From a virus, in IMG/VR virus record IMGVR_UViG_3300034102_002082, positions 65,857 through 129,856 of that record: a stretch of 64,000 nt of DNA, one strand, 5' to 3'. The notes under the pieces were generated by a model that did no database searches, was not told where the DNA came from, and saw only the letters and a program-made list of their open reading frames with translations. Shown here one piece after another: positions 31,110 through 41,087 of this stretch (position 1 is its first letter; every line of letters starts with the position of its first letter). A program made the position numbers and the translations under genes.

Positions 31110-31262
31110 TTACTTTTTTCTGGTCAAAATTTGTTCTATGTACGGAACGCATAATTTACATTTCGTCGCACATATCTTTAATTTCTGTAACTCCTCAACG
31201 GAGGCAGCTTGTTTTACTGCCTCCGTTAGAGAAATGTTATGACATATACACTTGATGTCCAT
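31110..31262 (-). CDS. BFD-like [2Fe-2S] ferredoxin (50 aa)
   Basis: Manual translation MDIKCICHNISLTEAVKQAASVEELQKLKICATKCKLCVPYIEQILTRKK: CxC ... CxxCxP. Confidence 0.75.
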   Translation of the reverse strand: MDIKCICHNISLTEAVKQAASVEELQKLKICATKCKLCVPYIEQILTRKK

Positions 31263-32017
31263 CACTTAAAGTTTTCCGCTATCGATTTACAAAAGTCAAT
31301 AAATTCAAGTTGGGTGAATTTATTTTTCATTATATTTACTTTACTATGAACCCATTGCACATTTCCTTCTATATAACCAATAGATGAATCTATACGATCA
31401 AGTGAAGCAGTTGATGGTGATGTATTTGACTCTGGGAAATATATGTCTCTTCCACTAAGGGCACATTTTTTATTTTGTAATATATATAAATCCCACACGT
31501 ATTCAATCGTTATGGAAAATTCCATCTTTCTTTTTCTTGCTCCATTCTTTATATTATTCCAGAAATCTCCAGAAATTTTTCCAACTCCTGTCCATTGTAT
31601 ATGTTTATCACCTTTGCTTCTATTGGTGAATGACTTAGTATTTCCTCTCAACAAATGGGTAGACGCTACAATTTTTTCAATACCTGTGTCTTTTTCTTTA
31701 CAAAACCACATGGTATGTCCACTATTAGTTGTTGGTGCCCTACGTAAAACCAATAGATGACCAAATTCTGAACCAGATAGATCTTTGAATCTATCTGATT
31801 CTATTTTTAGCCCATCGAAATTAATATTTAGCTCAACCATTCTAGCAAATAATAATCTTCTCTTGTTATTTTCGTTTTTGATATTTAATTTTACCAGAAT
31901 ATTTCCTATATACTCACATTCTGGTAAAATTTTTTCTATATCATTTTTAGATAAACTCCTTATTTTGTCACAAGGAGTTACATCTACCAAGTTTCTTTTA
32001 TATCCTCTGTACTTCAT
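31262..32017 (-). CDS. HNH/Endo VII-like homing endonuclease
   Basis: KDLSGSEFGHLLVL, QNKKCALSG, ASLDRIDSSIGYIEGNVQWVHSKVNIMK; likely start at 32017. Confidence 0.8.
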   Translation of the reverse strand: MKYRGYKRNLVDVTPCDKIRSLSKNDIEKILPECEYIGNILVKLNIKNENNKRRLLFARMVELNINFDGLKIESDRFKDLSGSEFGHLLVLRRAPTTNSGHTMWFCKEKDTGIEKIVASTHLLRGNTKSFTNRSKGDKHIQWTGVGKISGDFWNNIKNGARKRKMEFSITIEYVWDLYILQNKKCALSGRDIYFPESNTSPSTASLDRIDSSIGYIEGNVQWVHSKVNIMKNKFTQLEFIDFCKSIAENFK

Positions 32018-32025
32018 GTTGGTTA

Positions 32026-34359
32026 TCAAGCAAGAGTACATGCCCCACCAGCGCACGCTTGGCCCGCCAAGCTATCTGCATTGACAAATGTTTCGGTGTC
32101 CTCAATTGCCTGTGTCCAGTCAATCTCTTTATATTCTCGTTTTAGATCTAACCATAATTTGAACGAATATACGTGCTTTAAACAATGACACATCTTTCTC
32201 TTGTCACCATTGAAATATCTATCAGCGAACTGTATTGCTCGGCGAACCCAATCCTTTTTCCTGTAACTTGTGTTAAATATATCTTTATCTTGGTAAAAAA
32301 TACTCAACTCAATACCATAATTTACGAGAGCAGAAGAAAATTCTTTCTCCGTCTTATAGTCTTTTCTGCGTGGTTTATTTGGTTGTGTTGGTTCATTGAT
32401 ATCACCATCAAGAACTTCACCGATACCATTTAAAGTATCACATGCTGCCCATAAGTTATTATTAAATATATAAAGACCATCAACGATTAATCCACTAGCA
32501 AGTAAGGCACCTTGACCATATTCTTCTACTAATTCCTTTTCATTAAGTACCGAAGTAAAAGGAGCTTGTGGATAATCTAAATCACCGGAAGCGGATAGAA
32601 GAGAAATACCAGCGAACCATTGTCTATTTGCATAGATATAATCACGAACTTCGTCCCATTCATTATCCTTAACAGTGATAGTGTTAGATACGTTATGTCG
32701 AGTATTTGGTAGCAGACAGAGTTCTTTATTGGTACCAAATTCAACCCAATTTTGTTGTGTTAGTCTAACTTTATTTAGTAGATCAACAGCACCAAGATTA
32801 TTCTTAACTATCGCGCTCTTAGGAACTTCACATAGGAAAGAAATGACATCATCTGTACCATTAGTTGACCATACCGATTTTTCCACTGCTAATGGATTTA
32901 TCTTCTTGAAGTGTTGAACAGGAAATTCATTCTTATTTGCTTGTACTCGACGAATATACCGCTTGGCGTGATGTGGGTGAATTCCGCTAGACGATGATAG
33001 GACGCAACTAGTTGACCCTGCTGGTTTAACGCAAGTAGTTCTTGCTGCTTGATTAATACCTATTAGGGCAGCTATTTTCTTATTTGTTTCGCGAATTAGT
33101 GTTGCTCCTTCTTTTTGTACTTCTGGATCGAGCAGGATATCTGGATTATCCATTATACCGGTTATTGAACAGCCAAGTAACGCTTCTTTTTCTGTTATTT
33201 CTTGTGTTTCTTTGGCTAGATATTTAAACTTAGTATATCCAGCTTGCATTGTCCCGATAATGGCGGATGCTCTGCATGTTTCTAAGAATTTTTCTTTCGT
33301 ATCGCAATATTTTCCGTTGATTTCTGTGAGATTACAAAATTGCCAACCGCTTCTTCCGTCAACAGTTTGTGGGTAAAGTCCGATCTCAACACATGGATTA
33401 TATCCTATGTCTTCGCTATCACTAAATACAAAACCAGGTTCACCGAAAGCACGAGTAGATTCCATAATCTTATCGAATTCTGGTTTAGTTACTTTATCTT
33501 TTATTAGTAATACCGAATTATTTGACCGTCCACGTTGCGGATTTTTAATATACCAATCTCCAGTCTTAGCTGTCATCATTTCTTGGTCTTCCTTAGAAAA
33601 TAAGCAAATGGTAGCTGATCTACGCACACCACCAGAAAGAACCGCATCTGATAGATGCATTATAATATCATAAACATCAATCGGTCTTAATGTTGTATGT
33701 CCACTACCGATTCTGTCTTCTATTAATTCTTCGATCTTTTTTAGTGAATTATTTAATCCAACAGAACCAGGTGCTTTAAATTGATCGGCGATCAATGAGC
33801 CTTCTGGTCTAATTTTTGAGAGATCAAATTCAACAGAATGTCCTTCATATTCGGGAAATACTCCCCCACCAACAAGATATGATGACATAATCGCAGCAAT
33901 ACAATCAGACCATCCTTCTATGCTGTCATCAGCAACAAAGGTTTTTACTCCTTTTACTCTTTTTTGTATATTCGGAAGTTTGGCTACATGTTTTGTTTGT
34001 ACGGAGAATCCTACTCCGCAACCACAAAGAAGTAGATACATGGCTTCATTAAATGCAGCAGCACGATCAATATATCCATATGAACAATTAAAAACTTTGG
34101 CATTGTGCTTAAATATCGGTGCTCCACCGAATTGAAGGATTCTCTGCGCACCCAACACCCTCTTCTTTTTTACCATATCTTTGGCGAAATTAAATTCCTT
34201 TTCAAATTCTGGATTTTTTAGTGCCTCGGAATATTGCTCGGAATGCATTTCGAATACTCGATCTGCCATTTCTGACCATACTTCTCTGCGTTTTTTTTCT
34301 TTATCGTATCTTCCGTAACGACTGAAAATAGTGTAATCTGATAGTGCTTGTAGTGACAT
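32026..34359 (-). CDS. nrdJ: class II (adenosylcobalamin) ribonucleotide reductase, monomeric type
   Basis: FNCSY, CGVGFSV, GGVRRSA, NPCVEI, FCNLTEI, TTCVKPAGS, C-terminal ACAGGAC; no nrdB adjacent. Confidence 0.88.
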   Translation of the reverse strand: MSLQALSDYTIFSRYGRYDKEKKRREVWSEMADRVFEMHSEQYSEALKNPEFEKEFNFAKDMVKKKRVLGAQRILQFGGAPIFKHNAKVFNCSYGYIDRAAAFNEAMYLLLCGCGVGFSVQTKHVAKLPNIQKRVKGVKTFVADDSIEGWSDCIAAIMSSYLVGGGVFPEYEGHSVEFDLSKIRPEGSLIADQFKAPGSVGLNNSLKKIEELIEDRIGSGHTTLRPIDVYDIIMHLSDAVLSGGVRRSATICLFSKEDQEMMTAKTGDWYIKNPQRGRSNNSVLLIKDKVTKPEFDKIMESTRAFGEPGFVFSDSEDIGYNPCVEIGLYPQTVDGRSGWQFCNLTEINGKYCDTKEKFLETCRASAIIGTMQAGYTKFKYLAKETQEITEKEALLGCSITGIMDNPDILLDPEVQKEGATLIRETNKKIAALIGINQAARTTCVKPAGSTSCVLSSSSGIHPHHAKRYIRRVQANKNEFPVQHFKKINPLAVEKSVWSTNGTDDVISFLCEVPKSAIVKNNLGAVDLLNKVRLTQQNWVEFGTNKELCLLPNTRHNVSNTITVKDNEWDEVRDYIYANRQWFAGISLLSASGDLDYPQAPFTSVLNEKELVEEYGQGALLASGLIVDGLYIFNNNLWAACDTLNGIGEVLDGDINEPTQPNKPRRKDYKTEKEFSSALVNYGIELSIFYQDKDIFNTSYRKKDWVRRAIQFADRYFNGDKRKMCHCLKHVYSFKLWLDLKREYKEIDWTQAIEDTETFVNADSLAGQACAGGACTLA

Positions 34360-34486
34360 TTTTTATTTCTCTTAGTTTAAATTTTTAGGGAATGATAAAT
34401 ACTTTTCAAACAAATATTTCATCCGAAATTTATTTTAGTTTATTTTTTCGTTGCTGAATTATTATAATTGTTGCTCAATAGTAATA

Positions 34487-35869
34487 TTATTGTTTACCCG
34501 CTTGCATTTCTCTGAACTTAGAGTGTAATTTCTTCTTTACTTCTAGTTCATCATTTTCTTCGGTTGCGTCCATTAGATTTTGCAACGCTATTCCTTCCGA
34601 GGAGTCTGCGTCAAATAGCTCTAGTTGACCATTAGAAGCATTTAGTTTAGCGGGGAATACCAATCCATCGGCACCGAATCTATTCTTGACCAAATGGAAT
34701 CTAGCGGTGCCAGCTATTTTATCTTCTCGTTGACGAGATATAGATATCAATACATCCGCAATCATCAACTTTTGAAATGAGTCTGCTAAGTCGTGACCTT
34801 CTGCGATTTTACTCTGTGAGCCAGATCTATTTAGTTGCGATGCACCAGCACATGGAATCTTATATTCACCAGCCAATCCGCGTAATTCTGTATATATATC
34901 ACCAGCATCAGAATATGATGAGCCATTTCCGGTAGCGGTAGATAATTTCAATAAATCTGGGTAATCGACAATGAGTAAATCAACTTTATGTCCAAGCGCA
35001 TCTAGACGATCTATTAAATTCTTTATCGTTGTAGTTGATGCTGACTTTGGTGGATAATACTTTACTATCAACTTACCACCTATCTCGGAAATCGCTTCTC
35101 GTATTTTATCCTCGTTCTTTCTAATATCAATAAACGGTATTTTTGTATTTATTGAATCGTAACGTAGGCCAGTATAATCTTCACTTAATTCTAGAGTGAC
35201 ATGTAATACTGTCTTGTTCTGTTTAAGTGCTGCGGCACCTAGTATTTGCAACAACCAACTCTTACAGGAACCAGGCCCACCAGCGAATATAAGTAATTCA
35301 CCAGACCCTATACCACCATCAAGTAATGCATCTAATTGAGGTATTAATGTTTTAACGCAATTTCTTGCTGCCATTGTCATTCTATTTGAAATATTCTCGT
35401 CATATATGTGACCGATATTTCTCTCCATGCCAGCTTTCATCGCGTGGTCAACTACTTGCTTAATTCTATCATATTCTCCAGAATTAAGATGTTCTACGCT
35501 ATCCAAGATAGCCTTCTTCAGAATTTGATTTTTACAAAATAGTAAAAATTCTTCTTTTACGAAATTTAGATCGTCTGCTGTAACTTTAGAATATACTTGT
35601 TTCAATGCGTCAACGTATGACATTTTAAGCGTCTCGTTGGTTATAGCATCAATTTTTACCTTAAAAACTGTCAATGTTGGTACAGACTTGTATTCACTAA
35701 AGTAGTTTATTGTTTCTTTACATATCCATTGGTAAGCGTCGGTTTCGAAGAAATGGCACTCAATAATATCAGATATTCTTTCTATGAAAGCTTTGTCGGA
35801 TACCAATGCGGAAAGGCATTTATGTTGAAAGTCTGCCCCGAACTTTTTTAAGTTTTCTATTTTTTCCAT
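34487..35869 (-). CDS. DnaB-family replicative helicase (T4 gp41-like)
   Basis: GGPGSCKS, TLELSE, IVDYPDLL, ASQLNR, KNRFG. Confidence 0.92.
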   Translation of the reverse strand: MEKIENLKKFGADFQHKCLSALVSDKAFIERISDIIECHFFETDAYQWICKETINYFSEYKSVPTLTVFKVKIDAITNETLKMSYVDALKQVYSKVTADDLNFVKEEFLLFCKNQILKKAILDSVEHLNSGEYDRIKQVVDHAMKAGMERNIGHIYDENISNRMTMAARNCVKTLIPQLDALLDGGIGSGELLIFAGGPGSCKSWLLQILGAAALKQNKTVLHVTLELSEDYTGLRYDSINTKIPFIDIRKNEDKIREAISEIGGKLIVKYYPPKSASTTTIKNLIDRLDALGHKVDLLIVDYPDLLKLSTATGNGSSYSDAGDIYTELRGLAGEYKIPCAGASQLNRSGSQSKIAEGHDLADSFQKLMIADVLISISRQREDKIAGTARFHLVKNRFGADGLVFPAKLNASNGQLELFDADSSEGIALQNLMDATEENDELEVKKKLHSKFREMQAGKQ

Positions 35870-35936
35870 ATTATATGTTTACATCGTAACCATACACTAT
35901 GGACTGTTCAAGTCAACTTATAAAAAGTCCGTTCAT

Positions 35937-37004
35937 TTATTTTGAATAATAATCCAAAATACCAAAACTTTCTCTGAGCCAATTACTTAACAATGGGAAC
36001 TGATCATGTATTCCATCATAGGTAAACCTCTGTGTTATTTCTATAATATTACATTTTCTAATTTCCATTTCTACTCTAGCAGATATTCCATGTTGGTGAC
36101 ATACGGCAAAATCTGGTTCTCTTAGCTGCATTAATTTGTAATTTCTTTCAACTATTTCCCATTCTGACAGAACATTCTCATATAGTTTGTATTTTCCGGA
36201 GGTGGCCTCCGCATGATCTTTCAAATATTCAACATTTAAAGTTTTCTCTTCCGATATTTGCGGAAAGCATTTTATGACAGTTTTTGCTCCTGCTCCTTTT
36301 ATACCGTCGATATTGTCCGATGTATCACCATCAAGACACCGGAATAGAACGAAGTTATGTGGGTGAATACCGTATTCGGAAACTACTTCGGATACACCAT
36401 ACAACTTCTTTTTTGTTGGACTCCACACACGTACCTGCTTATTTACTAATTGTAGAAAATCTTTATCCGCGCTCATTATCGTTACATTATTTTCTGGTTT
36501 ATTGAAAACTGTAGTAGCCAGATAAGCAATAGTATCGTCCGCTTCAATGTTATCTACTGAGATTAGTGTTATTGGTAAACAATGCAAGTAAGCAATAAAT
36601 TTTGCTAATTGTTCCTTCATGCTCTTCTCTTCCATATCGGGGGTGTTAACCTCGGCATACATCCTATTTACACGAATACGGTTCTTTCTTCCGGATTTAT
36701 AATCTGGATAGATTTGTTTTCTTCTCTTTGATCCACCAGCACCATCAGCGACAACTATACATCTAGTTGGTTTTAATTCTCGTATAGCATATGCCAACGA
36801 CTTTAAGCTACCAACTAGACCACCCGATAGGTTTCCGTTTTCGTTTGTGTTTGGAAATACTGAATAACATCTAATAAAAAGATTGAATAAATCGACTATC
36901 AAAACATCGGAGTTCAATGTTTTTTGTGGTCTATTCATTATTTCATTTTTATCTAAGTTCTCGAACAATGAAAATAATCTTTTTTTGTTAATTGGTTCGT
37001 TCAT
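35937..37004 (-). CDS. 5'-3' exonuclease / RNase H (T4 rnh-like)
   Basis: LIVD, YPDYKSGR, EADD, SADKDFLQL, GDTSDNIDGIKGAGAKT. Confidence 0.92.
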   Translation of the reverse strand: MNEPINKKRLFSLFENLDKNEIMNRPQKTLNSDVLIVDLFNLFIRCYSVFPNTNENGNLSGGLVGSLKSLAYAIRELKPTRCIVVADGAGGSKRRKQIYPDYKSGRKNRIRVNRMYAEVNTPDMEEKSMKEQLAKFIAYLHCLPITLISVDNIEADDTIAYLATTVFNKPENNVTIMSADKDFLQLVNKQVRVWSPTKKKLYGVSEVVSEYGIHPHNFVLFRCLDGDTSDNIDGIKGAGAKTVIKCFPQISEEKTLNVEYLKDHAEATSGKYKLYENVLSEWEIVERNYKLMQLREPDFAVCHQHGISARVEMEIRKCNIIEITQRFTYDGIHDQFPLLSNWLRESFGILDYYSK

Positions 37005-37837
37005 ATTAATTCTCTCTCGACTGCATCTACTCCGATTTCTTTCACTTTGTTTATTAACCATTTTATATCTCTACCAGGTACAGAATCCCACTTCACCTTC
37101 AATATATACCAATTCAATATATTTGACCAACTATAAATTCCAGAAGTACTACCCACAATAAATTGTGATCCTTTAGTATATAGACAAGGATATATGCATT
37201 CGATGATACTACTATTGATAAATTCACATTCGTCTATGAAAATAGTAGAAAAGCTTTTTCCACGGACACTAGAACCTTTAGACGAAACCGATATAAAATC
37301 TATAGAGTTTCCACTGTTAGTGGATATAAACGATCTATTTATCGTTCTAAATATATTTTTATCTACCAATGAACAATTGTCCAACATTTCATATATAATT
37401 TTTCTTATGTTTTCATTGGAATTAAGATTATGAGACATCACGACAATTGATTGCTTTTCTGTGAATAGAAACTTCCAAACCAAGTATGCACATTGGATCG
37501 TAGTAAATCCTACCTGTCTAGGTTTTTTTACGAAAATTCTGCTTTCTTTTTGTGTGTTGTTGATGAAATCCTTTTGCCAATCATATAAAATAAAAGGAAT
37601 ACGACCACTTGATGGAGTGTTTATCGTTATATATTTTTCGATAAAATATATAGGATCTTCTTTACACATATCAATTTCGATTTCTTCCGGTGATGGCTTA
37701 ACTAATGTTAAACCATATTGCGCCATTGATCTTATGCATCCAATTTTTTCTATTAATGATTGATCGAATCTTTTAAGATCGAAGCTATTATCATATATTG
37801 ACTGTAATACTTCTCGTATTTTTTCTTTATTTTCCAT
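37001..37837 (-). CDS. terminase-large-subunit-like ATPase domain only (no nuclease domain)
   Basis: CKEDPIYFIEKY, PFILYDWQK, KPRQVGFTT, VRGKS, IFIDECEF, WDSVPGRD; about 278 aa. Confidence 0.75.
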   Translation of the reverse strand: MENKEKIREVLQSIYDNSFDLKRFDQSLIEKIGCIRSMAQYGLTLVKPSPEEIEIDMCKEDPIYFIEKYITINTPSSGRIPFILYDWQKDFINNTQKESRIFVKKPRQVGFTTIQCAYLVWKFLFTEKQSIVVMSHNLNSNENIRKIIYEMLDNCSLVDKNIFRTINRSFISTNSGNSIDFISVSSKGSSVRGKSFSTIFIDECEFINSSIIECIYPCLYTKGSQFIVGSTSGIYSWSNILNWYILKVKWDSVPGRDIKWLINKVKEIGVDAVERELI

Positions 37838-37841
37838 GGTA

Positions 37842-39092
37842 TTAATCTTCGAAAGTTTCTGAAAATTCTGCATCGTCATTGCCATCTTGACTATCATATA
37901 CAAATATTTTCTTTTTGCATATTTTCATATATAGGAAATCTTTTATTTCTGGTCGATCTTGAAGAAGAGTTAAGAAGTTTTTTCTTTCAAATTGCACAAC
38001 TTCCTTTACTGTTACTAGATCACCTTCTTTTGTGTCGAAAGTCTCATCAGTATAATCGAACTGGAAATTTTTCTCCTTCTTCAATGCTGCTCTTTCCAAT
38101 TCTAATTGGACTTTTGTTTTCTTCTTTCCCGTGCTATCAGTTGTTTCAACTTTTGCGGTTTTGAAAACTTTATATTCTTGTAATCTTTCCAGCCAATTTC
38201 CATAATTGTCGATACCACTTCTGAAATATATATCAAATTCTGCTTTTCTGAATGGTGGCCCCATTCTATTTTTGACTACCTTAGCAATTGTTTTCATACC
38301 TATTGCTTCATTGTCTTTGTTTGTTATTTGTCCACTCTTTTGCAATCTAATTCTTACTGATGCGTGAAATGGTAATGCCTTCCCACCAGGAGTTATCCAC
38401 TTATCACCAAGACCAACGAAACCGATCTTTTCTCTCAACTGATTGGTACAAATAAATAGAATTCTTTGTGTTCCTATCAATCCTGTTATTTTTCTGAATG
38501 CCTTGGATAGCAAGTAAGCTTTTGCTGTACCGAATCCCTCTTTCGCGTATGACTGTTCTTGCTCATCCTTTGTAGTCATTGCGGCAATCGAATCTATTAC
38601 TACTGTTACCAATTGATTCCCATTTCCTTCACGTAGCTTTGCTATTAATTTTTCAATAGAATTAAAAATGTCTTCGACTGTATTAAGAGAAACAACTAAC
38701 AATTCACTTACGTCAACTCCTATAGCAGTTAGGTATTCTTTAGATAATGCGGTTTCTGTATCAAATAATATTGCAGTTCCTCCCTTTCTTTGTGTATCAG
38801 CTAAAGCGTGAGCAACTAGCAATGATTTTCCGCTGGCTTCTTCTCCGGAAATTTCTATAATTCTTCCTACGGGGAGACCACCATTTGGTCTATTGCTTAT
38901 AGCTAAATCTAATTCGGAGTTACCTGTGCTAATCCAGTCAGTTACATTGGATGGATCATCTTCCTTATCTAAGAAAAATGCCACCTTCCCTTGGTCAGTG
39001 ACTGCCTTATTTATAACATCTACCAGTCCTGCTAGTAGATCAGATTTTGACGTTCCGGTTTCTGCCTTAGTTGATTTTGTTGATTTTGCCAT
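37842..39092 (-). CDS. recA: RecA/UvsX recombinase
   Basis: ISTG, GLPVGRIIEISGEEASGKS, DTE, VIDSIAA, NQLR, TPGGKALPFHASVRI, KNR. Confidence 0.95.
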   Translation of the reverse strand: MAKSTKSTKAETGTSKSDLLAGLVDVINKAVTDQGKVAFFLDKEDDPSNVTDWISTGNSELDLAISNRPNGGLPVGRIIEISGEEASGKSLLVAHALADTQRKGGTAILFDTETALSKEYLTAIGVDVSELLVVSLNTVEDIFNSIEKLIAKLREGNGNQLVTVVIDSIAAMTTKDEQEQSYAKEGFGTAKAYLLSKAFRKITGLIGTQRILFICTNQLREKIGFVGLGDKWITPGGKALPFHASVRIRLQKSGQITNKDNEAIGMKTIAKVVKNRMGPPFRKAEFDIYFRSGIDNYGNWLERLQEYKVFKTAKVETTDSTGKKKTKVQLELERAALKKEKNFQFDYTDETFDTKEGDLVTVKEVVQFERKNFLTLLQDRPEIKDFLYMKICKKKIFVYDSQDGNDDAEFSETFED

Positions 39093-39170
39093 ATAATTTG
39101 TTTGTATTAACGTAAATGAGTACATTATGGGAGTATTTCATCCCATAATATAATTCTAAAAAGAAGTATA

Positions 39171-40004
39171 TTACTTCTTCTTGAACATTTCATCGAAAGC
39201 ATTTTCTACATCTTGTGTAGATGCGGCTTTCTTTACTTCAGACTTTGGTTCATCCTTTTTCGTGGATGATCTTACTGGTGGTTCTTCATCAACTACCTCA
39301 GTATTGACTGGTGCTGATGTTGTCTCTTCTGATTGTTCATCCGAAGAACCTGAACTTAGCCATTTTTCCAAGTTTTCTGATAGTTCATCATATGTTGGTT
39401 CTTTGTAGATTTCCAATATATTCTTCTGATTCTTCAGTTTTTCCATTACAGCTTTATTGCTTGGATCGATAACCATCGAAGAATTTGGTTTAACTCTTAT
39501 TGATGTTTCTGGATACTGTTTTTTTACTGTCTCTTCCTTTGGTATGAATTCGATTGTGATATCTCGACCACTCTTTGGATCGGCGATATCTCCATAATCT
39601 GGATCTGCGATAATAGAAATAAGTTCAGCATAAGTTTGTTTACCAAATCCCCAAAACTTAACACCGGCATCTTCTTCTCCCCTTACGAGAATAGGAACAT
39701 ATACGCGCATTTTTGGTTCTAGAATCTTTGCTTGTTTATAGTCTTCCTTATCGCCAGTTTTCTTTAGTTTATTTACCAATTCTACAATTGGATCTGGGCG
39801 ATCAAATGTTGATGGTGATAGGAATGTCTTGCCGTTTAGACCGTAATGGAACTTTAGTTCGATAAACGGGTTATCCATACAATGGACATATGGAACAATT
39901 CGGATAATGTGCTTTCCGGATGGCTTCCAAATGAAGTCCTTAGTTGAACTCTTATTATTAAGAGTGCCTAGTCGTGCTTTTAGTTTATTAATATCTATTG
40001 CCAT
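39171..40004 (-). CDS. single-stranded DNA-binding protein (T4 gp32-like)
   Basis: IRIVP, VKFWGFGK, DYGDIADP..GRDI, acidic C-terminus AFDEMF. Confidence 0.85.
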   Translation of the reverse strand: MAIDINKLKARLGTLNNKSSTKDFIWKPSGKHIIRIVPYVHCMDNPFIELKFHYGLNGKTFLSPSTFDRPDPIVELVNKLKKTGDKEDYKQAKILEPKMRVYVPILVRGEEDAGVKFWGFGKQTYAELISIIADPDYGDIADPKSGRDITIEFIPKEETVKKQYPETSIRVKPNSSMVIDPSNKAVMEKLKNQKNILEIYKEPTYDELSENLEKWLSSGSSDEQSEETTSAPVNTEVVDEEPPVRSSTKKDEPKSEVKKAASTQDVENAFDEMFKKK

Positions 40005-40096
40005 AATCTTTATTTAGTTGTTTAATGTTTAATGCTTGAGGACATTAATTCATCCTCATACCATAAATATACGATAACGTCATAAAAGCAATCTAT

Positions 40097-40130
40097 AAAA
40101 AAGCCCGACTACTTTTTATAGTCGGGCTTT
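40097..40130. terminator. intrinsic terminator
   Basis: AAAAAAGCCCGACTA-CTTTTTA-TAGTCGGGCTTT. Confidence 0.85.
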
Positions 40131-40154
40131 CGATATTAAATTTAATATTAATAA

Positions 40155-41072
40155 TTACAATTTTTGGCCAGGTAATCTTTCTTGTCTCTTCTTATCCAAC
40201 CATTGTCTAATACTTACTCTATCTTGTTCAGTTGCTGGGACAGCTGATCCATCTATTCCTATTACGGCACGTAGTGTTCCGTTACTATCGTAGTAGTTAC
40301 CATTATCTCGCTTTTCCCATTTTTGATTATGTGCCCATTCAAGTGAAGGATCTTTATATGCTGAGAAATCTGTAAGATCTAATGGCGTTCCTTCTGGTTC
40401 ACCAGTACCATACGAAACCGGATCTTTCTCCTTTTTTGATAATTGCGAAATTGGTTCAGATTTACTTTGTGGATTTTGTTGAACTGGTAATTTATTGACT
40501 TCCGGTTTTACTGGTGCTTCTGCTCCATTACTCGCTGGTTCCGGTAATGTTGGTTTTGGTGCCGCCTGTTGACCCGATGTATCTGGTGAAGTTTTTATTG
40601 CTTGTTCTGGTTTTTGTGCATTAACGTCTTCTGGCTTCTGTATTGTCTGTGGTTTCTGTGGTTCAGAAACTGTTGGTTGTTCAGGCTTAACTACTTGTGA
40701 TGGGTCTTGTACGGCACCAGTAGGCTCCATTGCAGACGGTTTGGCTTTTCTTACCAAATGCATTCCACCCTTTCCGCTGGTAGGATCATAATTAAAATAT
40801 TCTCCCGATGATAATGCTTGAGCTTTATAGTCTGGAGTAGGAAATGTAACTAAAAATCCTTCTTTATTGTACGCTTGTCTTTCTGGAAATTTACCCTCTA
40901 CTATTTTATTAGTAAATTCTTTTATATCTTCATGTATAACATTCATTTCCGATAATTTTTCGATAAGAATATTCATATGTTCCTGTATTAGTGGATTGAA
41001 CATTCCATCGGCAATTCTATTATCTAATGAGCACTCTGTAATTAAATGGTCTATTATTTCAAATTTTATCAT
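40155..41072 (-). CDS. hypothetical protein with Pro/Gln-rich linker
   Basis: ORF track; late-type motif upstream. Confidence 0.6.
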   Translation of the reverse strand: MIKFEIIDHLITECSLDNRIADGMFNPLIQEHMNILIEKLSEMNVIHEDIKEFTNKIVEGKFPERQAYNKEGFLVTFPTPDYKAQALSSGEYFNYDPTSGKGGMHLVRKAKPSAMEPTGAVQDPSQVVKPEQPTVSEPQKPQTIQKPEDVNAQKPEQAIKTSPDTSGQQAAPKPTLPEPASNGAEAPVKPEVNKLPVQQNPQSKSEPISQLSKKEKDPVSYGTGEPEGTPLDLTDFSAYKDPSLEWAHNQKWEKRDNGNYYDSNGTLRAVIGIDGSAVPATEQDRVSIRQWLDKKRQERLPGQKL

Positions 41073-41087
41073 ATATACGAATAAATA

